64,000 nt of DNA from an uncultured delta proteobacterium (GTDB lineage Bacteria > Desulfobacterota > Binatia > UBA9968), in NCBI GenBank assembly GCA_963840855.1, contig CAWJBB010000041.1:192001-256000 (forward strand). The letters are read 5' to 3'. Positions 31,933 to 42,394 of this stretch are shown here, one piece after another. Position numbers and translations under genes: made by a program. The first letter of the stretch is position 1. Every line of letters begins with the position of its first letter. A model generated the notes under the pieces. That model was not told where the DNA came from. It searched no databases and saw only the letters and a list, made by a program, of their open reading frames with translations.

Positions 31933-32175
31933 ATGGCCAAGAAGCAGAAGATGTTTACCCTGAGCGAAGCCGCCAAATATCTTGGCATTTCCGCCAACGC
32001 TGTCCGCAAAGCCATCAAGGCGAAACCTGAACCCCGGCTAGTTGCCACCGTCGGTAAATACACCCTCGAGCGCACCATCAAGCGCGAACTTACCGGCTAT
32101 CTCATCACCAAAAAGGCTCTGGATAATTACCAGGTCTCAGAGCGCCACCTTTACGCTGGAAAAAAAACTGAATAA
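31933..32175 (+). CDS. Small HTH DNA-binding protein
   Basis: FTLSEAAKYLGISANAVRKAI. Confidence 0.8.
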   Translation: MAKKQKMFTLSEAAKYLGISANAVRKAIKAKPEPRLVATVGKYTLERTIKRELTGYLITKKALDNYQVSERHLYAGKKTE

Positions 32176-32259
32176 CGGTTGAGTTTGCACTACAAACCAA
32201 CGGTTGACACTGCAACGCGAACCGTAGTAAACTTCTAGGCATTCCAAAGGGGGTGCCTA

Positions 32260-34266
32260 ATGATTTCAACCTGCCAGCGTTTAATCGATGAGACGGACCG
32301 CTTGATAGCCGCCAACGCCGCGGCGATAGCGGCACTCAGGAAACTATGGTCCGCAACTATCATCGGGATCCTGCTTCTTTTCGTATCGTCCGCACACGCC
32401 CAGCAATCCATTGTCACTGCCGAGTATGCCCGCGGCAATCAGCAAATCACATACATTCTTGACGAGGATGTTTTCCAACCGGGCGATTTCGTCGTCGTGG
32501 GAATCTGGCGCTGGGTAAACAACGCGCCCGTTTTTGGCATGTGGTTATCGTCCGAGTGGGCGCAGCCCGGCACTAGCCATTATACTTTTGCAGCATTGAG
32601 CGGGGAGAACAGCAACGTCCTCATGTCCGTTGAGACCTGGAACGGCGATCAACGTAAAGACATGGCGTGGTTCTGGGTAATGCAGCCGAACAATAGGGGC
32701 GATCTGAATTTTGCAAAAGGACGGGAGCGGATCGAGAATGGCTCGTATTTGAGCATTCAATTGCTCGGAATGAACTATGTCACTCACCCGGGCGAGATCA
32801 TGGGGAAGTTGGTGGGCATCACCTATCTCCAAAACGCCAGCGGCTGCTATCCATCCCTATGGATTGACGACGATAAAGTAGCGCAAGGAGCAACAGTGCC
32901 ATGCGGGTCGAATCAAAACCTGGTTGTTTTTACTGCAAGCCAAACAGGCAGACAACGAGAAGATCGGCGCAACATCGTGGCATCTGGCCACCACGGTTTG
33001 GTGCTCCGCATGTTACCAACGACTCCTGGCGTGGCGCGGTTTATAAAAGGCAAAAGAGACTGGTGGGAGAGGCACTACGGCACCAGCAACAGTGAAGTGT
33101 CGAAGCGGTATATTCTTGCTCTAGTAGGATATCTCTATTATTCGGCCAAGGGCGAAGCCGAGTTAAATATAGCGGCTAGAACCGGAGGATCTTACCGGAC
33201 CTGGCTGTCCTCGGCGCTGGTAAGCAATCCCAATCCAAGCACGACGTTCATGGACGTCCGAAGTCCTGGCATTTCAGGGGGGAATGGCGATTTCTGGAAT
33301 GCTTCGGGCTGGGTTAGTTCACGATTAGAATCGTCGGTCATTTCAGACACTATGGGAACCGATGCCGTATCAACCGTACGCCTGCTTGAAGCGGCGAAGA
33401 AAAAGAATGAGCCGATCTATCAGATCGATCCCTTCGGATCGATTCCTACCGCCAATCTTGTCTCCGGTGGCTGGCAACAAGGCGAGCTTGTTTTGCTGCA
33501 CCAATGGGTAAACGCGGGATGGTCAGCCATGGTTCCCGCCAGAGTTCAACAAATAGGGAGCTGGCGCGGGATCGGGATGTATATTTACGATATCCCCTCG
33601 GGCTACGGAGCCGCAATCATCAGCGGCAACTTAGGCTCACGAACAGGCAAGAAACCCATCGTGATTCGGGGAGGGTTTAAGGCCAGCACCTCGCCGTTGA
33701 CTGCCGCTCTATTCGAGCCGGGGCTCAATGCAATGGACGTGGGGGACTTCAATTACTTCGGAGGTTGGGCAGATGGCTATATCCAGGAGGCTGCGGCGAG
33801 CTTTCGTGATCTTTCCATGGACATTGAAACGGGGGTTCAAATTGCCGTTGGCCCGCTTGTTGTCGGGCTGGTACGAGGAATACTCCTTGTGGCACCGGAA
33901 GCCCCCGCGGCGCTGGCTTACATAGCATCGCGAGGTTGGTTTCAGCAGGGATACCTTAGCTTTTCGACGTTCAAGCGGATATTAGGAACGGTTCCTCAAA
34001 CACAGTGGCATCATATCGTGCGCCAATATCCCGACAACATTGTTAGATTCGGTTACGAGCAAATCCATCACCCGATGAATTTGATACGCTTGCCAGACTC
34101 TGTTCATTCGGCGATAACTACTTTTTACCGCCATCCACGGCCGGAATTAACCGGAACGGCGGAAGTGCTCAACACTTGGATCTTGAAACAGTCCTATCAG
34201 GTGCAATATGAAATCGGGATAAGGGTTTTGCAGTTGCAGGGCGTCACGAATCTCCCAAGGCCATAA
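32260..34266 (+). CDS. Secreted polymorphic toxin with a C-terminal HNH-like nuclease domain
   Basis: Signal-like ILLLFVSSAHA-QQ; pre-toxin region AVSTVRLL...PIYQID...WRGIG...GAAIISG; hydrophobic helix; tip SFSTFKR..QWHHIV.Q...RFG..IH...NLI...VHSAI..FY. Confidence 0.75.
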   Translation: MISTCQRLIDETDRLIAANAAAIAALRKLWSATIIGILLLFVSSAHAQQSIVTAEYARGNQQITYILDEDVFQPGDFVVVGIWRWVNNAPVFGMWLSSEWAQPGTSHYTFAALSGENSNVLMSVETWNGDQRKDMAWFWVMQPNNRGDLNFAKGRERIENGSYLSIQLLGMNYVTHPGEIMGKLVGITYLQNASGCYPSLWIDDDKVAQGATVPCGSNQNLVVFTASQTGRQREDRRNIVASGHHGLVLRMLPTTPGVARFIKGKRDWWERHYGTSNSEVSKRYILALVGYLYYSAKGEAELNIAARTGGSYRTWLSSALVSNPNPSTTFMDVRSPGISGGNGDFWNASGWVSSRLESSVISDTMGTDAVSTVRLLEAAKKKNEPIYQIDPFGSIPTANLVSGGWQQGELVLLHQWVNAGWSAMVPARVQQIGSWRGIGMYIYDIPSGYGAAIISGNLGSRTGKKPIVIRGGFKASTSPLTAALFEPGLNAMDVGDFNYFGGWADGYIQEAAASFRDLSMDIETGVQIAVGPLVVGLVRGILLVAPEAPAALAYIASRGWFQQGYLSFSTFKRILGTVPQTQWHHIVRQYPDNIVRFGYEQIHHPMNLIRLPDSVHSAITTFYRHPRPELTGTAEVLNTWILKQSYQVQYEIGIRVLQLQGVTNLPRP

Positions 34267-34280
34267 AAAGGAGGACACAA

Positions 34281-34583
34281 ATGAAAAAGTTATCTGAAAA
34301 GCAAGAGCAAGAACGAGAGATGAAGCTAGGCTTAAAACGACAAGCGTGGATGCTCAAAGACGCTGCTCAGGTTCAAGCAAAAACGGACAAGGGAATTGCT
34401 GATGCCGTAGAGCGGCTCAAAGAGAAATCCGAGTCTGAGATCAGGGAAGTCTACAACGAAGCATCTAGCGAATATGCGCAATGGCATATTAAAGACCCAG
34501 TGAAGGCTCAACCGGCGATGCACATCATATTCGCCTGCAAAACGATTCTAGGAGATAAACTAGAAGTGAAGTGGCCATCATAG
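34281..34583 (+). CDS. Putative cognate immunity protein
   Basis: 100 aa; starts 14 bp after the toxin stop with a strong AAGGAGG RBS; assignment is positional inference. Confidence 0.6.
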   Translation: MKKLSEKQEQEREMKLGLKRQAWMLKDAAQVQAKTDKGIADAVERLKEKSESEIREVYNEASSEYAQWHIKDPVKAQPAMHIIFACKTILGDKLEVKWPS

Positions 34584-34761
34584 AGCCGCGTCACCGCGAG
34601 ACGTAATTGATCTTCATGCCCGCGAACCCTCGCCGCCGGCGAGGGTCTTTTTCTTGTCCCGTTTCCGTTCTGCCTTTCTCTGAGCGCGGAGCTTTTTCGT
34701 AAGTTCGCGGTCTCTTTTTTTCAAGCTTTGCTTGTCCATGATTCCTCCCATCGGGGTTTGA

Positions 34762-34980
34762 CCCCCCCTATCTGAAATTCGCGGCCGCCGGAATCGCCTA
34801 TTTTGGAGCCCAATTGGAAGCGCGCTTCCAGTACGAACATCCAACTGGCGCCCGTGCGCATCGCCGCTCGAAACACGCCGGCATTGGCTCATAGCATGAG
34901 CCAATTGACTCTCATCGGCTATTAAGCCCCCCTATGCTAAATTCGCGGCCATGCGCGCGTGATTGCCAACCGGTCTACAA
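34762..34980 (-). other. Putative packaging (cos-like) region
   Basis: Imperfect 24-bp repeat CCCCCCTAT...AAATTCGCGGCC at 34762-34786 and 34927-34950, in non-coding DNA downstream of the capsid gene. Confidence 0.45.
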
Positions 34981-35162
34981 ATAATTTTGGCGTCGAGTTT
35001 GGACCGGCGCCGGCTCATTTCAATATTTCCTTTACTTTTCGCTGAACTAACTCTGCATTCGACTGCCAATCGGTCTCCGTTGGAGGCGGCCTCTAGTTTG
35101 GCGGCCACCTCGGTTATGCGTTAACGCATAAAAGCCAACCCGCAGATGTCTCCGGGTTGGAA

Positions 35163-36443
35163 TTATGGCGTGATCCCGGTCACCATCGCGAAACTTTCCG
35201 GATGCTCAAGCCCGATGTCGGCTCGCAGGTGCGCAAGGAATCCATATTGAAGATTCGCCGCGTACAGTTCGCGCAATACTTCGATACGCAACTGTGTCCG
35301 GATCCCGATCATGAGTTTACTGAAATCGCCCAGGATGATCCTGCTTGCCGTGCCCGGTGCCTCGGTGATTGACAGGCTAGTAGTCTGCATGAAAGGAACA
35401 GCCCTAAGCACTTCCGGTTTTTCCAACGGCGCGTTGGTCGTTGTTTCTTTCAGCTTCGCGAGCGTCGCAAGGGTGCGCGGGTGCATGATGGCGACATTTA
35501 CGACTGGCGAATTATCGACCCAGCATTCGTACATCGCGTCAATGATCTTGTCATAGTTCGCCAGCGCGCCGGCCGCTGCCACGCTGCCGACATTGGTTGT
35601 TGTGCTAATCCCCCGCGGCTCGGGTGGTGTGCCTGTGCCGATCAATGCAACGCGATCAAGCTCCCTGCTAAGACCGCCCAGGAGCGCGGCCGTCAACATG
35701 TCTTCGATGTTCACGCTATCCTCGACCAACTCCCTGGAAACTTTCACCATGACAGCGAGCGACCGCGGTATAAACACAACGCCCTCATAGGTGTTGTCCA
35801 CGATATCAACCGCGGCATTCTCCAGGCGCCATCCGGCCGCTGGGTCGGTCGCTATGCGTGCGATGGTCGTCTTGTCCGAGGTCAGCGGTACAGTCTTCGC
35901 CCCGGCGCGAATCGTTACCGTCGCCGCTCGAAGCCTATCAATAAAGCGACTTAACACGATGTCAGGCACCGAATAACCGCCGGCGCTGTCCGTGCCTTCA
36001 GCCAGTGCGCGCTTCTCCAAGTCCGTCTTCGCCCCGGTCACCATGGAGCGGAGAAAAGCCCCGATGGTGAGTTCCTTGTATTCGGGCTGGCGAATAAGCC
36101 CGCGGGTCTCCATAAACCTTTGGACGGATCGGTTAGGCGCCAGTACGTGGCCTTGTTCGATTTCAGGCACCGGCGCTGCCAAATCGCCAAAGATCGAGTT
36201 AACGGTTGGCAGACCACCAACGGCGCCACCATGCGCCAGCGCTACCACTTCCGCTTCCCGGGCCTCATCCGCCTCGAGCTGGAGAATCTCATGCCCAACT
36301 GCATCCATCCGAAGGTTGATCCCTCCATACTCGGTTTTCTCATCGATGGTCATCTCGCGGTCCTTCGCCGCGTTCAGAAGCTTCGTTGCCTGATCGTAAA
36401 GGGTCACTTTTTCTTGCCGTAGCTCAACACTTTTCATGCTCAT
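35163..36443 (-). CDS. HK97-fold major capsid protein with N-terminal delta-like coiled coil
   Basis: RALAEGTDSAGGYSVP, KVSRELVEDS, GTGTPPEPRGI, MHPRT, ILGDFS, RADIGLEHPESF. Confidence 0.93.
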   Translation of the reverse strand: MSMKSVELRQEKVTLYDQATKLLNAAKDREMTIDEKTEYGGINLRMDAVGHEILQLEADEAREAEVVALAHGGAVGGLPTVNSIFGDLAAPVPEIEQGHVLAPNRSVQRFMETRGLIRQPEYKELTIGAFLRSMVTGAKTDLEKRALAEGTDSAGGYSVPDIVLSRFIDRLRAATVTIRAGAKTVPLTSDKTTIARIATDPAAGWRLENAAVDIVDNTYEGVVFIPRSLAVMVKVSRELVEDSVNIEDMLTAALLGGLSRELDRVALIGTGTPPEPRGISTTTNVGSVAAAGALANYDKIIDAMYECWVDNSPVVNVAIMHPRTLATLAKLKETTTNAPLEKPEVLRAVPFMQTTSLSITEAPGTASRIILGDFSKLMIGIRTQLRIEVLRELYAANLQYGFLAHLRADIGLEHPESFAMVTGITP

Positions 36444-36628
36444 TTCCAGACTCCTTTGTGGTTACCAGCGAGCCGGTGAAGGGAGTCTGGTTTTAACGAT
36501 GTTTCATGCTCGAGCGGGGCCTTACGGGAGCGCTCGGGCGATTTTTCTTGCTGATCTATTTCTCTTTCCAGCGCGACGTCGATCGCGTGTATGTGGCGCC
36601 GGATCTCTTTGATGGTTTCCAGTTTCAT
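36440..36628 (-). CDS. Small hypothetical protein upstream of the capsid gene
   Basis: Stop overlaps the capsid start; short helical ORF. Confidence 0.5.
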   Translation of the reverse strand: MKLETIKEIRRHIHAIDVALEREIDQQEKSPERSRKAPLEHETSLKPDSLHRLAGNHKGVWK

Positions 36629-36629
36629 C

Positions 36630-36968
36630 TCAATGAATAGTCTCGGCGTGCTCTGGCGCGCGCCGTTTGATTTCCTCATCGCACAACGCCAGAATCGCCG
36701 TGCATACCGCAACCGTCTTGAAATACCGCTGGACTTCTTTGCATTCCGCGATTCCGTACATGATGCCGGCGAGGACTTTGATTTCCTTGTCATTCACGTC
36801 CTGATATTTAAGCGGCTGTATCTCCGGCCCGACTTCTCCGGCTTGTCTCGCCGCCCATTCCTGACTCAAGCCAATGAATAACTGACGCGCCAATGGATTG
36901 CCGTCGAATGCCGGATGCCTCACTGCGCTTAACAAGAGTTCGAGCCCTTCGATTTCAATGTCGAGCAT
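36630..36968 (-). CDS. Hypothetical satellite protein
   Basis: MLDIEIEG start with a purine-rich RBS; tightly packed with the downstream ORFs. Confidence 0.55.
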   Translation of the reverse strand: MLDIEIEGLELLLSAVRHPAFDGNPLARQLFIGLSQEWAARQAGEVGPEIQPLKYQDVNDKEIKVLAGIMYGIAECKEVQRYFKTVAVCTAILALCDEEIKRRAPEHAETIH

Positions 36969-37115
36969 GGGCCTTTTCCCTTTCCTCGCTTGTACAGGTT
37001 CTGTCCAGGTTCGATAGCCAACTATAACCAAAAACAAACAAGTGAGAGAGTATGAAAGAGCGATGTTTACTGTTGGAAAATGGCGGTGGTGTGCTATAGA
37101 TTGAGTGTTCGCAGA

Positions 37116-37179
<64 letters not shown>

Positions 37180-37251
37180 GGATAGGCAATAGGCGTGAGG
37201 CAATAGACAAAAGCAATAGTAGGATAGCTGAACCATTCCCTGTTGCCTTTT

Positions 37252-37386
37252 TGGGGATGTCGATTGCTGATAGTTAGGTCCCGTGCAAGGCGGCACCGTG
37301 AACCCCGTCAGGTCCGGAAGGAAGCAGCGGTAACGGAAGCACCCCTGTGCCACGGGGTAACCTGGCTGTCAGCAATGGGCATCCCC
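37252..37386 (+). ncRNA. ffs: Signal recognition particle RNA
   Basis: Conserved TCAGGTCCGGAAGGAAGCAGC in a long hairpin (GGGGATG...CATCCCC); typical position upstream of dnaX. Ends approximate. Confidence 0.9.
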
Positions 37387-37403
37387 GCCCTCGCTCTGCT
37401 CGG

Positions 37404-37459
37404 GATTTCAGATCGCAGATTTCAAATTTGCGATTTGAGATCCGACATTTGAGATTCCC
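37404..37459 (+). repeat. Degenerate heptamer tandem repeat (8 units, GATTTCA-like)
   Basis: GATTTCA GATCGCA GATTTCA AATTTGC GATTTGA GATCCGA CATTTGA GATTCCC. Confidence 0.75.
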
Positions 37460-37469
37460 GAAGGGATTT

Positions 37470-39086
37470 ATGTCCTATTTAGTCGTCGCCAGAAAGTGGC
37501 GTCCTCAGAATTTTGAAGATATTGCGGGTCAAGCCCATATCACGCGCACGCTGCAAAACGCCATCCGGACCAACCGCGTCGCCCACGCGTATCTATTTAC
37601 CGGCGTGCGCGGTGTGGGCAAGACCACCGCCGCCCGCATTCTCGCCAAAGCGCTCAACTGCGAAAAAGGGCCGGCGGCGACGCCCTGTAACCAGTGCAGC
37701 GTCTGCGCCGAGATCACCAGCGGCAACTGCTTTGATGTCTTGGAGATCGACGGCGCCTCGAACCGCGGCATCGACGAAGTGCGCCAGATTATCGAGAACG
37801 TCCGTTACCAGCCGGCCAAATGCCGATTTAAGATCTACATCATCGACGAGGTGCACCAGGTCACCAAGGACGCTTTCAACGCGCTTTTGAAGACCTTGGA
37901 AGAGCCGCCGCCGTCGGTGAAGTTCATTCTTGCCACCACCGAACCGCACCGCCTGCCGGAAACGATTCTGTCGCGCTGCCAGCGTCACGATTTTCGTCGG
38001 ATCGCGCTGCGCGAGATCGTCGAGCGGCTCGGTGAGATCGCCAAGAGCGAAGGATTGGCGATCACCGAAGGCGCCCTGGTGCTTTTGGCGCGTGAAGCCG
38101 ACGGCAGCATGCGCGACGCGCAGTCCTTGTTGGAACAGGTTCTGGCTAGCGCCGGCCCGTCATCACCCGTCGAGGAACGGTCGCTGCAAGAAATGCTCGG
38201 TCTCGCCGAACGGCGCGCGCTTTACGAACTTTCATCCGCGGTGATCGAAGGTCATGCGGGGCGCTGTCTGGAATTGCTCGCCGCGCTGTTTGCCGAAGGG
38301 CGCGATCTTTCCCGTTTGTCGCGTGATCTGGTCGAGCACTTTCGCAATCTCATGGTTGCCCGCCTAGGGGATCATGACCAGGCTTCCAACAGCGGCGGCC
38401 CGCTGCTCGATCTGCCCGATCAGGAGATCGACGATTTGAGGGCGCAGGTCAAGGACCTGTCGGTTGAAACGCTAGTGGATTACTTCGACTTCATGGCCGC
38501 CGGCGACGACGAAGTGACGCGTTCGCCCAATCCGCGATTTGCTTTGGAAGCGGTCATGGTCAAGTTAGCGACGCTCCCCAAAACGCTGCCGGTAAACGAG
38601 CTGCTAGAACGCTTGGAGGGGTTGGAAAAAAAACTCGCCGGGCGGCCGGTAGCCCCACCGGCAACGCCGAAGGAAGCGCCTGCGCCGGTCAGGGCGGCTG
38701 AGCACCGAGCCAACATCGCGCCTGCTGCGCTGCCGGGCGAAGCCTCGCCGAGCCCGAGTAGCCGGCAACCTGCGCCGGCCCAGCCGGTCGTTTCGGGTGA
38801 CAAAGAAGAAATGTGGCGTCATTTTGTTGCAACGGTACGTAGGGAAAAGAGGTTTTTGGCGTCACATCTCGATGGCGCGAAGGTGCTGGATCTGGCTCCC
38901 GGACGCCTCTCGATCGGCGTAGGCGAACGTCTTGAACTCAGCTCTTTGCTGGACACGGAAAATTTCGCGTCCCTTAAGAATATAGCGAAACAGTTTTTCT
39001 CCGAAGACGTCGCCATTGAAGTGAAACTCATCGCGGAAAGTCCGGCGGCAAATGACCCGATAGCCCACGGACCCTACGACGGTTAG
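37470..39086 (+). CDS. dnaX: DNA polymerase III subunit gamma/tau (true C-terminus may extend to ~39183 across frameshifts)
   Basis: MSYLVVARKWRPQ, GVRGVGKT, EIDGASNRG, IIDEVH, LLKTLEEPP, SRCQ. Confidence 0.96.
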   Translation: MSYLVVARKWRPQNFEDIAGQAHITRTLQNAIRTNRVAHAYLFTGVRGVGKTTAARILAKALNCEKGPAATPCNQCSVCAEITSGNCFDVLEIDGASNRGIDEVRQIIENVRYQPAKCRFKIYIIDEVHQVTKDAFNALLKTLEEPPPSVKFILATTEPHRLPETILSRCQRHDFRRIALREIVERLGEIAKSEGLAITEGALVLLAREADGSMRDAQSLLEQVLASAGPSSPVEERSLQEMLGLAERRALYELSSAVIEGHAGRCLELLAALFAEGRDLSRLSRDLVEHFRNLMVARLGDHDQASNSGGPLLDLPDQEIDDLRAQVKDLSVETLVDYFDFMAAGDDEVTRSPNPRFALEAVMVKLATLPKTLPVNELLERLEGLEKKLAGRPVAPPATPKEAPAPVRAAEHRANIAPAALPGEASPSPSSRQPAPAQPVVSGDKEEMWRHFVATVRREKRFLASHLDGAKVLDLAPGRLSIGVGERLELSSLLDTENFASLKNIAKQFFSEDVAIEVKLIAESPAANDPIAHGPYDG

Positions 39087-39218
39087 CGGCCGCCGAGCAA
39101 CTAAGCGACATGGCGAACGAGACACTCCGCATATTTCCTGGGCGTCGGTACGTTCGGTGCGGCGCGAGGGCGGAGAACCGTAGCGATCAGGTCGCGAGCA
39201 ACGGCAAGGAGAAGTTCC

Positions 39219-39545
39219 ATGGCACAGAGTTTCGGCGGCATGGGCGATTTACTCAAGCAGGCTCAGGAAATGCAGGGGCGTATCGCCAAGATCCAGGAAG
39301 AGCTCGGGCAAAAGACCGTGGAAGGATCGGCGGGCGGCGGCATGGTGCAGGTCACCATTAACGGCCAGTTCAATCTCACCGCCGTCAAGATCGAACCATC
39401 AGTTATCAATCCAGCGGAAAAAGAAATGCTGGAGGACTTGATTGTGGCGGCGGTGAACGATGGCATGCGCAAAGCGCGTGACATGGTTTCAACCGAGATG
39501 AGCAAGATCACCGGCGGATTCAAGATTCCCGGGCTTATGCCGTGA
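39219..39545 (+). CDS. ybaB: YbaB/EbfC nucleoid-associated protein
   Basis: LLKQAQEMQ, GSAGGGMVQV, LEDLIVAAVND; dnaX-ybaB-recR synteny. Confidence 0.95.
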   Translation: MAQSFGGMGDLLKQAQEMQGRIAKIQEELGQKTVEGSAGGGMVQVTINGQFNLTAVKIEPSVINPAEKEMLEDLIVAAVNDGMRKARDMVSTEMSKITGGFKIPGLMP

Positions 39546-39594
39546 TCCCAGCCGTTGGCATCGCAAATTCCAGCGCGGCGGCGCCGTGTCGCGG

Positions 39595-39667
39595 GTTCAA
39601 GGCGTTCAAGATGTTCAAGCCGTTACAGATATCCGAAATCTACTTGAATGATTGGAACGTTTGGAAC
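39595..39667. repeat. 9-bp-period GTTCAA / T(T/G)GAAC inverted array
   Basis: GTTCAA at 39595, 39604, 39613; TTGAAT/TGGAAC at 39644, 39653, 39662. Confidence 0.7.
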
Positions 39668-39764
39668 ATACGAAAGCGGGAGCGGTGGGTAATCCAGAGT
39701 ACGAATACGAAGCTTGCAATATGAAATCTAAAATCTGCCATTCCGAGCGAAGCGAGGACGCGCC

Positions 39765-40385
39765 GTGACGACTTACCCCGGGCCGCTGGCGCGTTTGATT
39801 CAAGAGCTTTCAAAGCTGCCGGGCATCGGTGAAAAGACCGCGGCGCGGCTGGCCTTTCATATGCTCAAGGGCAAAAAGGAGGATGTTTTCGCGCTCGCCG
39901 ATAGCATCGGCAAATTGCGCAGCGAGATCGGCCTTTGCCGGCGCTGTTTTGGTTTCAGCGAAGTGGAACCGCGCAACGGCGAAACAGCCCTCTGTGGGAT
40001 CTGCCGTAGCGCGGAGCGCGAGCAGGACAAGATATGCGTTGTCGAAGAGCCGGCGGATCTGATTGCTGTAGAAAAATCGCAAGAGTACCGAGGCCTCTAC
40101 CACGTGCTCCACGGCACCATCTCGCCGCTCGATGGCATTGGCCCGGACGCTTTGCGGATCAAAGAGTTGATTGACCGGCTTGGCGACCATTCGGTGCAAG
40201 AGGTCATCGTCGCCACCAATCCCACCATGGATGGCGAGGCGACAGCGCTTTATTTATCGAAGGTCATCAAACCGTTGGGCGTCGCCGTGACGCGCATCGC
40301 GCGCGGTCTGCCGATGGGCGGCGATCTCGAATACACGGATGCGGTCACGCTTGGCAAGGCCCTCGAAGGGCGGCGGGCGATTTGA
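39765..40385 (+). CDS. recR: Recombination mediator RecR
   Basis: LPGIGEKTAARLA, C4 zinc finger, YHVLHG, ATNPTMDGEAT, GLPMGGDLEY. Confidence 0.96.
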   Translation: MTTYPGPLARLIQELSKLPGIGEKTAARLAFHMLKGKKEDVFALADSIGKLRSEIGLCRRCFGFSEVEPRNGETALCGICRSAEREQDKICVVEEPADLIAVEKSQEYRGLYHVLHGTISPLDGIGPDALRIKELIDRLGDHSVQEVIVATNPTMDGEATALYLSKVIKPLGVAVTRIARGLPMGGDLEYTDAVTLGKALEGRRAI

Positions 40386-40391
40386 GCGCTT

Positions 40392-40679
40392 ATGGGCAAG
40401 CTGCTTTACATTCTGTTCCTGGCATTATCCGGTTGCATGGCCTTAGGTCGGGACTTTGCGACAACTCCCGTGCGCAATATTCAAAACAATATCACGACGC
40501 AAAATGAAGTTTTTGCCAACTTCGGCGAGCCGGCGCGCCGCGGATTGGAGAACGGCTTCGAGACCTGGACCTATTTCTACCAGTATTACCAACTCGCCCA
40601 GCTCAAAGACTCAAAAGAGCTTCATATCGTATTCAATAAAGACAAGACGGTGCTGAGCTATTCCTTCACCGCCCGCTGA
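40392..40679 (+). CDS. Small lipoprotein (BamE/SmpA-like)
   Basis: Lipobox LSGC; TTQNEVFANFGEP; ETWTY. Confidence 0.7.
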   Translation: MGKLLYILFLALSGCMALGRDFATTPVRNIQNNITTQNEVFANFGEPARRGLENGFETWTYFYQYYQLAQLKDSKELHIVFNKDKTVLSYSFTAR

Positions 40680-41106
40680 ACCCGCGCGCATCCTGGGACG
40701 AACGTGTTCGGGGAGCGGACCATTGTCGTTATTCAACGTTTCGAACAGAGCGCCGCCGTTGAACGATTTGAACTACTGGAACCAGCGGTTTCCTAGCCGC
40801 TGATTACGTTGAACTTTGAACGAGCGTTGATCCGATGACGACTTGAACGGCTTGAACGTTCCGCTTCTTACTATTGCCTGTTGCCTCACGCCTTGTGGCT
40901 GCCTGGGGGCCCCTGCGCTCCGAGTTGCCATGATGCTAGCTTAGCTAGACCCCGTAGTTCTACGAGGTTTCTTTTACAAGCGCGCGTTTTCTAATGTCGG
41001 TGACTTCCCAATTTTGCTTTGTATTTCTTTGTGTCGGTTGTTGCTAGGCGGTAAAGTTGCTAAGTCTCGCCCGGGTAGGTGCGTTCACATATACCGAGGA
41101 GAACTC

Positions 41107-42394
41107 ATGAAGGCAACAACGGTAACATCGCTGGGAAATATATCACTCACGTTCTCGATTGGGGGATTGATCGCCACCGAATTGGCATTACGTCACGGAT
41201 GGGTCGCGGCTCCCGGCTGGAAGGTTCTTCTCCAAGCCTTCGAGGCGGCTACCGTCGGTGGGCTGGCGGACTGGTTCGCGGTGAGCGCGCTGTTTCGTGA
41301 GGTTCCCGTGCCGCTGATACGACGGCATACGAATATCATCATCAAGAATCGCCAACGCATCGTCGATGGGATTGCAGACATGGTGCAGAACCGATGGCTC
41401 GCCCCCAAGATCATTCGCGAGTACTTAGTGAATTTCTCGGCATCCCAATATGTTCTGGACTTCCTAGCAAACAAGGATCATTTGGAAACCGTTCTTGCAA
41501 TGGTCCGGGACATCATCCAGCATTTTGCGCGCGGAATCGACGCTCCTGAAGTCGCGGGGTTTCTTGAGCGCACGCTCAAAGACCAACTGCGGGTTCTTAA
41601 CGTCGCCGAGCCCCTCGGACGCTGGTTGGGACAGCGTATACGCAGCGGCGATCATCACGGTGCGTGGGATACGCTTCTTCCGATTATGGAAAATGCGGTT
41701 CGGGAGCCTGAGGTGAAAGCGTTCGTCCAACGGACGATTGCGCGCGCGTTCGAAGCGTACAAAGACGGGCGGACTTCTGAAGCGGCTGGTCGTCGAGTTG
41801 GCGCGCGGGCTTAACGTCGTGAATGAGGAAGAGATGGTTGCATCCTTCTTATCCCAAATGGAAGTGGTGGTCCGCGAGGCGCAATCTGATCCCGCCCATC
41901 CACTCAGAGCTCGAATCGACGGCATTCTGATTGAATTCGCAGATAAACTAGCGGTCGGCGACGCCGATGCTGTGTCGGTGATTGAGAAGCTGCAAGCGGC
42001 TCTCATCAACGGAACGGACGCACGCGAAATACTCCAACGCACGGTGCGGCGGCTCAGTGATACCATCGAGAAGGAGTTTCAAAAACCGGGCTCCGATTTC
42101 AATAATCTCATGCGCCGGACTTTTCACGATCGTCTGGAAATTTTTCGCGCAGACATATCGGCGCAAGAAAAGGCCGATCGGTGGGTGACAGAGGTTGCCC
42201 TGGAATTGATGGAAAAACGGCACGAGATGATCGGTCAAATGGTTCGCGGTAGCCTTGAAAAACTGTCCGATCTCGATCTGGTGGGGCAGATTGAGGAGAA
42301 AGTCGGTCAGGACCTCCAGTACATTCGTCTCAACGGAGCCATCGTCGGCGGACTTGCCGGGGCGGTGCTTGCGATCATGAAACTGTTAGCGTAA
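41107..42394 (+). CDS. DUF445 family membrane protein (frameshift near 41770)
   Basis: EAATVGGLADWFAVSALF, HTNII; C-terminal DLQYIRLNGAIVGGL. Confidence 0.85.

Noticed and set aside
37347-37469. N-terminal extension of DnaX in the ORF track
   Set aside because: It overlaps the SRP RNA and heptamer repeat; the conserved start MSYLVVARKWRP is at 37470.
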